From a virus (Duplodnaviria; Caudoviricetes), in IMG/VR virus record IMGVR_UViG_3300010383_000115, positions 1 through 47,093 of that record: 47,093 nt of DNA, one strand, 5' to 3'. Made by a program: the position numbers and the translations under genes. Every line of letters starts with the position of its first letter. Position 1 is the first letter of the stretch. This document shows, piece by piece, positions 19,295 through 28,831 of this stretch. The notes under the pieces are model-generated. The model saw nothing but the letters and a program-made list of their open reading frames with translations, had not been told where the DNA came from and ran no database searches.

Positions 19295-21703
19295 CTATGC
19301 TCGTTTTGGCTTAAGAGTAAATGTTGCTATTCCCTCATCAGGGCTGTATTCTAAATTGTCAATCCATCCACTACCGGAGAAGTTAGAAGTACTGAATGCT
19401 ATCTCCATGTGCCTGTATTGTTTGATAAGCTTCCATTCTTCCATTTTGAGCGGATATTTAAATACTATCTGCTCCAGAAATATGTAAGGGAGAAGAATGT
19501 CCGGGCTGTTTACCATGGCAGCAGTAATATTCTGCTTTTCGGATATAGCAGCTGCTTCATCATTGCAATAACTGCTGGTTTGTTTACCCTTTGCGTAGAA
19601 ATTACCCTCCCCGTTGGTAAATATCAATGGTGTAGATGCATCGGCCTGCCTATCAAATGCCAAAAGGAACGGCAACCAGTTCAGCATCATGCGTGCTGGT
19701 GATATTCTATAATTTACCAGGGAATCAGGGTCTATGATATTTTCAGCACTGGCAATGCCTCCCTGTTCAACAGATATGGTACCATCTATATTCCGATTCA
19801 TGCAGAGAATAAACGTATCGTTATCATACCTCCAGTCTTCAGATGTATCATGGCCTAAACGGCGGGTAATTTCATAGGCATAGCTGGATGCAACAAACGT
19901 ACTTATCAAATCAAGTGCGTTACTTACTTGTGTTAAATCGGTTCTGTACGATCGCTTTGTGTTGATCTCATCAATACCGTTGTACTTCTCCGCTTCCCAT
20001 TTGTTATATCCTATGTTGATATTTGCATAATGCTTGTCAACCCGAACAGTTAAAGATATCTCATCTACATTGTCACAACTGAATATAATACCGTCCTGAT
20101 AAAACCAGCCTGAGTTTTCCACTCTGATTCTGTTATACCCAAACCGGCTAGGGTCTTCTTCAATAGTGAAACCTATATTATGCAAGGGATTGAGCCCTTT
20201 TAGCAGATCGGTGAACGAAACGGCCATTATCGGCGGTTGTGCAGGCCTTGCCTTCTCAATACCACGGAGAAACAGCCCGCTTAATATGGCTTCCAGCCCT
20301 CCACAGCCATCTTCTGTTGATACATAAGGTTCTGCATCAGTACGCCCGAAATAATCGCTATACACCCTCATATTATCGTTTGTAATAGCTTCGGTCACCC
20401 GGGAAAGAGCTTCGTTTATTAAGAACACCTTAGCGGTTGTGTCAGGTGGCTTTGATAAGCTGGAGATGTATATGTAAGAATTTAGGTAATAGGTGATATC
20501 GAAGGTTGGTCCATCAGGGACCAACAACCCACCGCCGGCATTATGCACATAGTTCTGCCAGGTACCCAGCCCTAGGAAGAAATATATCCTGTCCCCATCT
20601 TCAAGATCATGATATGTGAAATTGAGAACAGTATTCGTAACCGCCCAAGGGTCAAGGTCAGGCTGCGAACCTGAAAGTGTTAAGTAGTGATTTGTAAAAA
20701 CCTGCCAGCCTTCAGAACCTGCAGGGATGCTACCGTCTTTTTTCCTACGACACATATAAATGGAACCACCAAGGAACCCTTGTACATATTTCTTTGTTGG
20801 CGTCTGTGTAGGATCTGATTTAGGCTGTACAGTAGCCGCAAACAATATCTCTATATTGACTGTATCAAGCTTATCGTGATAATTTTGATAAGGGTTACCA
20901 TATGATAAAATAGGTGTAATATCATCTAAAGGGCATGCATTTACATAACCCAAACCATGCAAATCAACCGTGTTCGGCAAGGGGACCCACCAACTTGGTA
21001 TGATAGGGGATGAACTACTTGAAAAACCCAAATCATACTCGTTTATGATGCCAGTACCTACCCCTGCTCCGTTAGTTAATTGTCCGATCTCCTCAAAAAC
21101 TACTTTATCGAATGTAGGCACGAAGAAAGCAGTAATAAAATTGGACAGCGAAGAGCTGGGGCCGTCAACAATGTTAGACTCGAAAGTGTCTATTTCTGTG
21201 GATAGCCTCTCAACCTCATCCTGTACAAATATCCCTTTCCCGGGCATTGTCTTTTCTATGCCCAGGTTTGTGTATGGCGCCAAGGCTGTTCCATCAAAAG
21301 ACTCATCTGTCAATAAATCCACTTTGGAATCTATCCTGTTACGGAACGTCATGATAGGGCTGCTATCTTCTAAACTGATCGTTACTGTGCAATCACTACC
21401 GAAATCAGGCTTATAATCTCCAAAGCTTATCCTGCCTTCAAAATCCTGTTCTGTATCACCACTACCACATACATGTGATATACGAAGCATCATCATGCCT
21501 TTCAACCCGTAAGTTTCATACTCTTCTCGAATCATTTTGCCACCATCACCATCAAACTCGAAATCCTTTAAAGCATATTCAAAGTTTACGCCGTGATAAT
21601 CGGGATCTCTTTTTATCACAAACCTCTGTGTGTCCCATCCTACAGGTTCATCTATTTGATGTGCAACACCATTACGATCTATCAATTCAAATATCCATCT
21701 CAT
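19295..21703 (-). CDS. Tail tip / baseplate hub protein
   Basis: Directly after the tape measure gene; EPVGWD N-terminus; beta-rich. Confidence 0.6.
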   Translation of the reverse strand: MRWIFELIDRNGVAHQIDEPVGWDTQRFVIKRDPDYHGVNFEYALKDFEFDGDGGKMIREEYETYGLKGMMMLRISHVCGSGDTEQDFEGRISFGDYKPDFGSDCTVTISLEDSSPIMTFRNRIDSKVDLLTDESFDGTALAPYTNLGIEKTMPGKGIFVQDEVERLSTEIDTFESNIVDGPSSSLSNFITAFFVPTFDKVVFEEIGQLTNGAGVGTGIINEYDLGFSSSSSPIIPSWWVPLPNTVDLHGLGYVNACPLDDITPILSYGNPYQNYHDKLDTVNIEILFAATVQPKSDPTQTPTKKYVQGFLGGSIYMCRRKKDGSIPAGSEGWQVFTNHYLTLSGSQPDLDPWAVTNTVLNFTYHDLEDGDRIYFFLGLGTWQNYVHNAGGGLLVPDGPTFDITYYLNSYIYISSLSKPPDTTAKVFLINEALSRVTEAITNDNMRVYSDYFGRTDAEPYVSTEDGCGGLEAILSGLFLRGIEKARPAQPPIMAVSFTDLLKGLNPLHNIGFTIEEDPSRFGYNRIRVENSGWFYQDGIIFSCDNVDEISLTVRVDKHYANINIGYNKWEAEKYNGIDEINTKRSYRTDLTQVSNALDLISTFVASSYAYEITRRLGHDTSEDWRYDNDTFILCMNRNIDGTISVEQGGIASAENIIDPDSLVNYRISPARMMLNWLPFLLAFDRQADASTPLIFTNGEGNFYAKGKQTSSYCNDEAAAISEKQNITAAMVNSPDILLPYIFLEQIVFKYPLKMEEWKLIKQYRHMEIAFSTSNFSGSGWIDNLEYSPDEGIATFTLKPKRA

Positions 21704-24700
21704 CGTGCGCTGTATTTATTGTTTAATATTTCGGTTTTTGTATTTCTGTCGTGTATATGGATGCTAAACCCATCTATATCGGCGTTGACGCTTACTGCTT
21801 TATTCTCAGGCATGTATTTAGCGATCGACTTGCCTAGTTTATCATAGTCGAAGATTTCACCTGATTTTGTTACGTGGTAATCGCTCAACTCACGGGCGGA
21901 TTGCTTAGGCAGGTTACCGGCCAGTATTGCATCAGGATCTGAATGCACACCGACGTTATCCCATACCTTGCCGATCTTGGTAGATTCCCGATCGTTATAA
22001 ATAATCTCCCCACCGTTCAATTTCACAATTTCAGGGCCACGTTCACCCACCCAGGCATAACCTTTCTTGGCGCTCCGGGTACCGGTGAAGTATTGAGGTA
22101 TCGGAGTATTCCTAATTTTAGCGACTTGTAAGCCTGCTGTGATGCCTGCACCAGCGGCGGCAATGATAGCAGCATAGAAGGGTTTAACAGTGGCCAAGGC
22201 GTTAGTAACAGCCAGCGCACCGTTGATAATGGCAAGTGTTACCTGTGCATTACGATCCCTGATAAATGCTGCTGTTTTGATGCGGCGTTCTTCATCACGG
22301 TACCTTTTATCAATAGCAGCCTTTTGCGCTTCGCTAAGACTCTTATTCGACACTTCAGCATCAAATTGAGCCTTTAATCTGGCAAGATCAGAATCTAACT
22401 GGGATTGCCGATTTGTATTCTCCATATCGGCAACGGTAGATATGGCATCACTGGCAATTTTAAACCCTTCTGTAATCACTGCTTCACGGATAGCACGTTC
22501 CCGCTCTGCATAGGCCTGTACTATCTCAAAACGTTTCTGCTCCTCCTTATCTTTCAGGTCTGTTTTCTGTGCCTCATATTCTTGGAAGGTAATAACACCG
22601 GTAGCGGCAAGCTGGTCAACTTTCGCATTCTCATCTTCGATAAGTTTCAGCTCTTTTTGACGAGAGGCCTGTAAAGCAAGAAACCTATCCCGTTCGGATA
22701 AGTTTAAAGTACCTGATAATCGTACCAATCTGTTAACCTCCAGCTGGTCAAGCGATCGGTTTCGTTCATACTGGGCGTTAATCTGCTGCTCGTAACGCTG
22801 CTTATCCAGTGCATCCAGATCTTGGTTAAGTTTCAGGTTTATCTGTAACAGCTTGGCAGCTTTCTCCTGTTCAGTATCTTCTGACTGGTTAACGGCCACC
22901 ATATCATTAGCAGCCTGCTTTTGAAGGAAAACACGCTGTGCGTCATAGTACTGCTGTGTACCCTGCTGGAAGGAAAGAACACGGTTTTGAGCCTTGATAA
23001 CTTCCAGTTCGGAAGCGTTCTTAGCCTCATCATAATTGAACTGCTTCTTTAAATCGAATATATCCTTAGCGGCTTTTCCTTCAATCAATGCACGCTCGTT
23101 AGAGGTAAGAGCAGCATTCTGCAATTCAATATCACGCTCCAGCTCTATCTGTTTGATGCGGTTATCCAGTTCATCCCGACTGCCTTTCTTAGCATATAGT
23201 ACCCGTAAGTCGATAACATCCTTTTCATCTTTCAGCTCTATCTGACGATATCCCAGGCGCAAATCCCTGATTTCCTTTTCACTTTTTGCGATGATAGCCT
23301 GACGCTGGGCCTGTGTAAGATTCGTATCATTCAGATCAATATCACGGGATGCATTAACCAAAGCTATTTTAAGCTGCAGTTCTCTATCGGTACCTTGTTT
23401 AACACTTGCTAGTGCTGCCTCGATGGTAGCTTTACGGGATTGCAGGGCTTTATCATTAGATTGCTTTTCATGATCTAACCTGAGAGTGGTGCCAGAAGAT
23501 ACAGCATCGTTATAGTCTTTCTCCGCAGCGATGCCGACGTTTACCTTCTTCTCGAGCAGGGATATCTCATTATCTAGCGACTCCTGTCTTTTCTTGGAAT
23601 CATCATCATCCTTACCGGCCAGCTTCGCCCTATCCTGATAGAGTGCCTCAAGCTTTGCTTGGTTAACGCCGATATCGCTTATCTCTTGAGCATAGTACCC
23701 TTTATTTGCAGCGGCAAGGTTTTGGCGTTGATCGGCCAGCTTCTGCTGTATTTTATAGATTTCTTCAGAAGATGCTCGTCGGGCTTTTGCCTGCTCCAGT
23801 TCTCTTTCTGTTTGCTTGATACGGTTCTGTAACGGGGTATTAAGTATCTCGTTTTCTTTCTGTATAGCTTCGAAGGCGGCATTTGCTTCTTCGGCCAGTT
23901 TCTTTTGGGATTCCGCGGCATCGTTTGAGTTCTTTGTAAAGGCGAATAAAGCAATAGCAGCTGTGGCAAGGACGGTAACCAATAAACCTACAGGATTTGC
24001 GGCCATAGCGGCGTTAAGTGCTCTCTGTGCCACGGTAGCAGATACACGGACAATGGTATATTCACTTTCAAGAGCTGAAGCGATCGCTGTTTGTGCATTC
24101 CCCAATAACTGCAGGCGTAGCTTATTGGCAATGGTGATGATGTACTGCTTTTCTGCCAGGTCTTGAAGTTGCTGTAATCCCTGAAGAACAGCCATAGCAG
24201 CGTTTACTTTTAAAAGTGTCTGCTGTACCTGCTCACTCTCATCACCGAATAATGCAGCGGTACCTTGTGCAACGGCAAAGCCGGCGGCTACTCCTTGTGC
24301 ACCATCTATGATATTGTCGAAGCCTCGAGTATCACTACCTGCGCGGGTAACGGTTTCAGAGGTATCATTGATAGCATCGTTATACCTACCGGCCAGCTCT
24401 ACAAGCTCATTATAGCGTGCCCGGTCTGTATCTGTCCATTTCTTCTCATCAACTAACAACTGGGCAATCTCCGCTTTCATTTCCCGGAGCTTCTTCTTCA
24501 GGCTTTCTTCTTTATCTACGGCTTCACCAGTAGCGGCGCTCATGCCTTGAATCTTCTTTACAAGATCCTGTACGGATATTCCAGATTCTTTAGCTGCTTG
24601 GGCCATGCCTTCACCGACACCAGCCATGAATTCATCTACCAGTGAAGAAACAGCCTTTTCTACCTGCGAAACAGAAGCGGCTTGCTTCTTTTGCGAGTCA

Positions 24701-24897
24701 GTAAGAGTATTGGTTGCTTTGTTAGTGTCCTGTAGTATCTTATAACGTTTTTGCAGCTCTGTATTACCTTTTGAGTAAGCCTGAGCTGCATTATCTGTTA
24801 ATTCGCCTTTCTTCTGGAGTTCAGCTATAGAAGATTCTACTTGTGATATATCAGGTACGAACTCAACGACGACCTGGGGATTTTGTGTTGTGGCCAC
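21700..24897 (-). CDS. Tape measure protein
   Basis: 1065 aa helical; ALNAAMAANPVG; C-terminal YFTGT...AWVGERGPEIV. Confidence 0.92.
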   Translation of the reverse strand: MATTQNPQVVVEFVPDISQVESSIAELQKKGELTDNAAQAYSKGNTELQKRYKILQDTNKATNTLTDSQKKQAASVSQVEKAVSSLVDEFMAGVGEGMAQAAKESGISVQDLVKKIQGMSAATGEAVDKEESLKKKLREMKAEIAQLLVDEKKWTDTDRARYNELVELAGRYNDAINDTSETVTRAGSDTRGFDNIIDGAQGVAAGFAVAQGTAALFGDESEQVQQTLLKVNAAMAVLQGLQQLQDLAEKQYIITIANKLRLQLLGNAQTAIASALESEYTIVRVSATVAQRALNAAMAANPVGLLVTVLATAAIALFAFTKNSNDAAESQKKLAEEANAAFEAIQKENEILNTPLQNRIKQTERELEQAKARRASSEEIYKIQQKLADQRQNLAAANKGYYAQEISDIGVNQAKLEALYQDRAKLAGKDDDDSKKRQESLDNEISLLEKKVNVGIAAEKDYNDAVSSGTTLRLDHEKQSNDKALQSRKATIEAALASVKQGTDRELQLKIALVNASRDIDLNDTNLTQAQRQAIIAKSEKEIRDLRLGYRQIELKDEKDVIDLRVLYAKKGSRDELDNRIKQIELERDIELQNAALTSNERALIEGKAAKDIFDLKKQFNYDEAKNASELEVIKAQNRVLSFQQGTQQYYDAQRVFLQKQAANDMVAVNQSEDTEQEKAAKLLQINLKLNQDLDALDKQRYEQQINAQYERNRSLDQLEVNRLVRLSGTLNLSERDRFLALQASRQKELKLIEDENAKVDQLAATGVITFQEYEAQKTDLKDKEEQKRFEIVQAYAERERAIREAVITEGFKIASDAISTVADMENTNRQSQLDSDLARLKAQFDAEVSNKSLSEAQKAAIDKRYRDEERRIKTAAFIRDRNAQVTLAIINGALAVTNALATVKPFYAAIIAAAGAGITAGLQVAKIRNTPIPQYFTGTRSAKKGYAWVGERGPEIVKLNGGEIIYNDRESTKIGKVWDNVGVHSDPDAILAGNLPKQSARELSDYHVTKSGEIFDYDKLGKSIAKYMPENKAVSVNADIDGFSIHIHDRNTKTEILNNKYSAR

Positions 24898-25186
24898 GAA
24901 GACGGTCTTTTTCTCGTTTGGCTTTGGAAATCTCTTCCATCTTTGTGTTGAGCAGGAACCAGTAATTTAATAAGGTACCACGCTCCAAGGCTTCTATTTT
25001 GATAGGATCTTGTTCACCTAATATGGTGATCTCTCTCATGCGGTTATCGAGTCCTTGCTGGATAATATACCCTGCAGGAAGCTCAGGTGAAATTGGTTTA
25101 CCTTTTCCAACACCTCCAAATATTGCTTTGAATCTTGATTTGGCAATGACAAAGATGGTATTAAGTCTTTTAGAGGCGTCTGCAAA
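24863..25186 (-). CDS. -1 frameshift extension of the tail chaperone (gpT-like), 107 codons
   Basis: The -1 frame is open from the T9 run (25184-25192) to TGA at 24863. Confidence 0.7.
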   Translation of the reverse strand, partial: FADASKRLNTIFVIAKSRFKAIFGGVGKGKPISPELPAGYIIQQGLDNRMREITILGEQDPIKIEALERGTLLNYWFLLNTKMEEISKAKREKDRLRGHNTKSPGRR

Positions 25187-25632
25187 AAAAAATCATACAT
25201 GCCGGGAGCCTCCCTCCATGCTTGTATTTTCTTCATGCCTACTATCGGGTCATATTTAAAAGCCGATTCGTTTTTAGTGAAGAACACCACGCTTGCCATT
25301 TTATAAACGTGATCGGGTAAAGCAGCGAGCAAATTGATACGTTCTTCAAGATTGGAATTCAGGCGGACAATCTTTGCCAGGTCAATCTTCTTTTCGCTGA
25401 AGATAGCGTTGGTGGCTTCTACATGCTTTTTAAGGTAGTCCACGCTGCAACGCATCAATAACTCCTCCATGAATACTAGCGAGGTAAGCCCACGGCCGGC
25501 AAGAGTGGTTAAGGGATCACTATGCATGTAGTACGTTTCCCCGTTCCATTCGAATGCAGGTACTATTTCATACTTACCGTCCAGCAGGAAGGATTTAGGC
25601 TTACGGTTCAATATTTTGGTTATCAAGCTCAT
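25036..25632 (-). CDS. Tail assembly chaperone (gpG-like)
   Basis: Upstream of the tape measure gene; contains GAT TTT TTT TTG slippery run. Confidence 0.7.
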   Translation of the reverse strand: MSLITKILNRKPKSFLLDGKYEIVPAFEWNGETYYMHSDPLTTLAGRGLTSLVFMEELLMRCSVDYLKKHVEATNAIFSEKKIDLAKIVRLNSNLEERINLLAALPDHVYKMASVVFFTKNESAFKYDPIVGMKKIQAWREAPGMYDFFLQTPLKDLIPSLSLPNQDSKQYLEVLEKVNQFHLSFLQGILSSKDSITA

Positions 25633-25928
25633 TACACTATATCGTTTTGATTACAGAACTCATTTAGGCGTCTCTCAAATTCATCAATAGATACCATTAA
25701 CTCACAAGCACCTGCACCATCTACTTCTATTGTTACGCAATCCAATACTTCAGGCTCATCAGCAATGGATGTAGCGAAATATGACCGTAGATACCTAGGG
25801 TCGAATTTAAAAACAGAATCAGGGTCATTTTCACGGCTCGTTTCAATGCCTAACTCCTTATACCTTTCTGCCTTAGCTGAAGAGTATAATTTCGTCGGGA
25901 ATGATATAAATCTGTCAGTAAAAAGCAT
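25632..25928 (-). CDS. Hypothetical protein
   Basis: TAATG-coupled ORF in the late operon. Confidence 0.6.
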   Translation of the reverse strand: MLFTDRFISFPTKLYSSAKAERYKELGIETSRENDPDSVFKFDPRYLRSYFATSIADEPEVLDCVTIEVDGAGACELMVSIDEFERRLNEFCNQNDIV

Positions 25929-26290
25929 TAGTCCTGAGTATTTAAAAACTGTTGAAGTGTTACAAAAGCAGTCATTGCATTAGCCTGCTTATTGTCTTTT
26001 ATGATGCGGGTAATCTTAGACAGGTAGCTGTAAACCCCGGCCATCTCTTCAGTTTGGTATGCCTTTCTAAGCCTCCTGTAGTGATTGTGGTACATCTGCA
26101 CCGGGTAGTGCCACATATATTGCTTGTCAGGATCAATAGGCTGTCCATCTATTTCTGTGATGGTACCCCATTCTAAAATATCCTTACCGCTTACCAGGTG
26201 CTTTTCATGTGCATCCGAAACGATAACGGGCAACTCCTTAGCAATTCCCTTAAGGTGAAACAGTTCAAACTTGGTTAGTTTCTTCTTCAT
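25928..26290 (-). CDS. Hypothetical protein
   Basis: Coupled ORF in the late operon. Confidence 0.6.
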   Translation of the reverse strand: MKKKLTKFELFHLKGIAKELPVIVSDAHEKHLVSGKDILEWGTITEIDGQPIDPDKQYMWHYPVQMYHNHYRRLRKAYQTEEMAGVYSYLSKITRIIKDNKQANAMTAFVTLQQFLNTQD

Positions 26291-26523
26291 AACGCTTTAA
26301 GAGTTGTATCGAGTTGCTTAAGAGATGTAAGGCCCTGCTTTACGAAATTCCCGTTCAGTATGCGGAACTGGAATGTTTTGACCCACCATTCAACCTCCAG
26401 CCCAGGGAAGCTATCATGTCTGTACAGGTATTTAACCACCCGCTTGCACTTACACTTTTCATGGAAGTACCATCCATTGTCAGTCAATGCCTGTGGAGTA
26501 TTATTCACTGTCATTGCCCACAT
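26287..26523 (-). CDS. Hypothetical protein with CKC motif
   Basis: Coupled ORF in the late operon. Confidence 0.55.
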   Translation of the reverse strand: MWAMTVNNTPQALTDNGWYFHEKCKCKRVVKYLYRHDSFPGLEVEWWVKTFQFRILNGNFVKQGLTSLKQLDTTLKAL

Positions 26524-26830
26524 TTATAACATAATCCCTGCACAGCTCTATAATGTTGATAAGCAGAACATTTAACCCAGCCGATGCAAACAATATGAGT
26601 ATGCATTTGAACCAGTTCAATGAAGGAAGGGAGTTTGTTAAGTCAGCTATTGCTAAGATGATGCTGCCATACCATGGCGCCATGCAGATAGGACAGTCAA
26701 ACAGCGGTTTTTTAATGAATGCGGGAAGGTTAAAAGCCCATACAGAAACCTTGTCAAATATCATTCCTTCCCATGTTGTAGCATGCAGGAAAAGTATAGT
26801 CAGCGATATTATAACAATCCATTGTAACAT
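26501..26830 (-). CDS. Membrane protein with CxxC (DUF1360-like)
   Basis: About three TM segments; LFDCPICMAPWYG. Confidence 0.65.
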   Translation of the reverse strand: MLQWIVIISLTILFLHATTWEGMIFDKVSVWAFNLPAFIKKPLFDCPICMAPWYGSIILAIADLTNSLPSLNWFKCILILFASAGLNVLLINIIELCRDYVINVGNDSE

Positions 26831-26846
26831 GAAATCAAAGTTATAA

Positions 26847-26871
26847 TATTTATCTAACCAATGGATAAATA
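26847..26871. promoter_or_regulatory. Palindromic operator copy 2, upstream of the tail/portal unit
   Basis: TATTTATCTA-accaa-TGGATAAATA; TAACTTTG -7 box just downstream on the minus strand. Confidence 0.7.
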
Positions 26872-26913
26872 ATTTCCTAACTTCACACTTTCTAAATAGC
26901 CTGTATTTTATAC

Positions 26914-26952
26914 AAACCGATGTGCCCTGTTCGCGTCGGTTTTGTTTTTTTT
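26914..26952 (+). terminator. Plus-strand intrinsic terminator (antisense to late genes)
   Basis: AAACCGATGTG-ccctgtt-CGCGTCGGTTT then T run; G-U pairs form only on the + RNA. Confidence 0.6.
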
Positions 26953-26987
26953 GTCGTCTAAAGTCATCTAATACCGTCTAAGTACGT

Positions 26988-28271
26988 CTAGCGATACCCC
27001 TTCAGGAAATGCCGCATGTTCCTGTTACACCAATACCGGTAACCGTCCAATGCCTCCAATTGCTGCGTAGGGTCCTTACGATCGGCTTTCTTAAGTGTAC
27101 CATCTGGTAACATCTCCGCAAATTCAAAGTCGAATATCAACGATGCTGCACCATCAGGATCTATTTTATGTGCTACGTGCTCCAGTACTGCGTTTACCAA
27201 TACCTGGTTCTCTTCAATGGATGGGTTAGATGCCAGCTGCTGCATTTGCCCCATGGTTAAATCCATCTCTGCTTTGATGATACGGAAGTAGTTAAGGTTA
27301 TCCTTAACCATCGCTGATTTATTGTTACCGGAAGCATCTCCGTTTACGATAAAATGCGGGACAGGTTGCCCGGGCCGGATGAACTTATTCTTCAGATATT
27401 CACAGAGCTTATAAATGTCACTATTCTCCAACTGGATAACGTAAGGCACATGGACAATCTCATCGTAGTACTGGATTACCGTGCAGCTGATCGGGTTCTT
27501 ATTGAAGTCAAAAGACAGGTATATGGGATAATCGTAATTCACACTGCATTTGTACACATGCTTAGATTTATCAAAAGCGTAGGCAAACCTTGCCGAAGAG
27601 TTTACGAATGGGATTGCATAATATAATTCCAAGAATACGCCCCTAGGTAATGTTCTTTCAGCTTCATCGATAACACTTTGCTTAAGCACTCCAGCGTTAA
27701 CAGCATCATTCGCTGTTAACTTATAGTACTCCCAATTCTCTTTTTCTCCGGTTTCAGCCTCTCTTGCGAGTTTGTAATTCCAGTTACCTATACCCTTAAC
27801 ATTACCTATTATTTTGGCAGGCCCCTCCGTAGCTGATAGAGTTGTAAACGTGGCTATCCACGAATCCTCTTTCATCCGGGTAGCTTCATCCAGTACTGCA
27901 GCTTTAACGTCTTCACCGTAAAGCCCGTCCGGGTCATCAGCAGATTTGAAGAAGATAATAGCACCAGTGATCAGTGTGATGCTCATTTCGGTTTGGTTGG
28001 CAGTGTACATCCTTTTAGGCTGGATATACCGCTTCATACGCCTGAAGGCTATCTTAGCCACTTTGGAAGTGGGCGCTACCCACCAGTAGTTATCACCGTC
28101 CCTACCGGATAAAGCCATTTCAAACAGCCATACAATGCAACCAACAGTCTTACCTGCCTTGGTGGTGGCTTCTACTATAGTAAAACGCTCCTCATTATCT
28201 ATGAAAGCACGCTGCTTATCATACTGGTTGATGATAGAAGGCCTCTGATAATTAATGGTAATGGTACTCAT
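26988..28271 (-). CDS. terL: Terminase large subunit
   Basis: ATTKAGKT Walker A variant, WWVAPT, AVLDEA Walker B, SFDFN nuclease motif. Confidence 0.92.
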   Translation of the reverse strand: MSTITINYQRPSIINQYDKQRAFIDNEERFTIVEATTKAGKTVGCIVWLFEMALSGRDGDNYWWVAPTSKVAKIAFRRMKRYIQPKRMYTANQTEMSITLITGAIIFFKSADDPDGLYGEDVKAAVLDEATRMKEDSWIATFTTLSATEGPAKIIGNVKGIGNWNYKLAREAETGEKENWEYYKLTANDAVNAGVLKQSVIDEAERTLPRGVFLELYYAIPFVNSSARFAYAFDKSKHVYKCSVNYDYPIYLSFDFNKNPISCTVIQYYDEIVHVPYVIQLENSDIYKLCEYLKNKFIRPGQPVPHFIVNGDASGNNKSAMVKDNLNYFRIIKAEMDLTMGQMQQLASNPSIEENQVLVNAVLEHVAHKIDPDGAASLIFDFEFAEMLPDGTLKKADRKDPTQQLEALDGYRYWCNRNMRHFLKGYR

Positions 28272-28714
28272 GACAGGTTAAGAGTGGTTTCTATGGTAAT
28301 GTCATGAATAGTAGCACCAGCGCCGCCGCTGTCGGATGGCTTACCTGGTTTCTCTTTGATGTTCTCCAATTCCGCTAAGGAATCGAGAATCTTTAAGCCG
28401 GTTGCGGCTGCTTGTGCTGTGTTCTTATCCTGTATGCCGTTGTAAAGCTTCAGGCGGGCCGCTATATGCCATGCTATGCGTTCAGGTATATCGCTGGCAC
28501 TGGATTCTTTTATCTTCTCCCGGGCCTTTTTTAAATAGTTGTGTGATTGCCTTTCTGTAACACCCCAGGCAGATACACAGCTACTAACGATCGCTTCAGT
28601 ATCCTGACCATCAAGGTACCACTCGATAACATTCTTTATCCGTTTCTCAAGCTCGAATATACTAGACCTGGTACCACCTTTCTTTTTGCCTTTATTCGCA
28701 TTCTCTTTTGGCAT
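28268..28714 (-). CDS. terS: Terminase small subunit (probable)
   Basis: HTH-like WGVTERQSHNYL; overlaps the terL start. Confidence 0.7.
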   Translation of the reverse strand: MPKENANKGKKKGGTRSSIFELEKRIKNVIEWYLDGQDTEAIVSSCVSAWGVTERQSHNYLKKAREKIKESSASDIPERIAWHIAARLKLYNGIQDKNTAQAAATGLKILDSLAELENIKEKPGKPSDSGGAGATIHDITIETTLNLS

Positions 28715-28831
28715 TCGGAGTCTTATTTAGTGTTTCACTGCTTAACAGCGACGTATTTTCTGTGTGTGTTCTAAATGAAAAAGGGCAGGGTGACGATACA
28801 CCCTCCCTTACTTACTAACCCGTCATAAAAG

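Noticed and set aside
25184-25192. A9 run as a sequencing error or phase-variation tract
   Set aside because: Both frames are open and the position matches a tail-chaperone frameshift site
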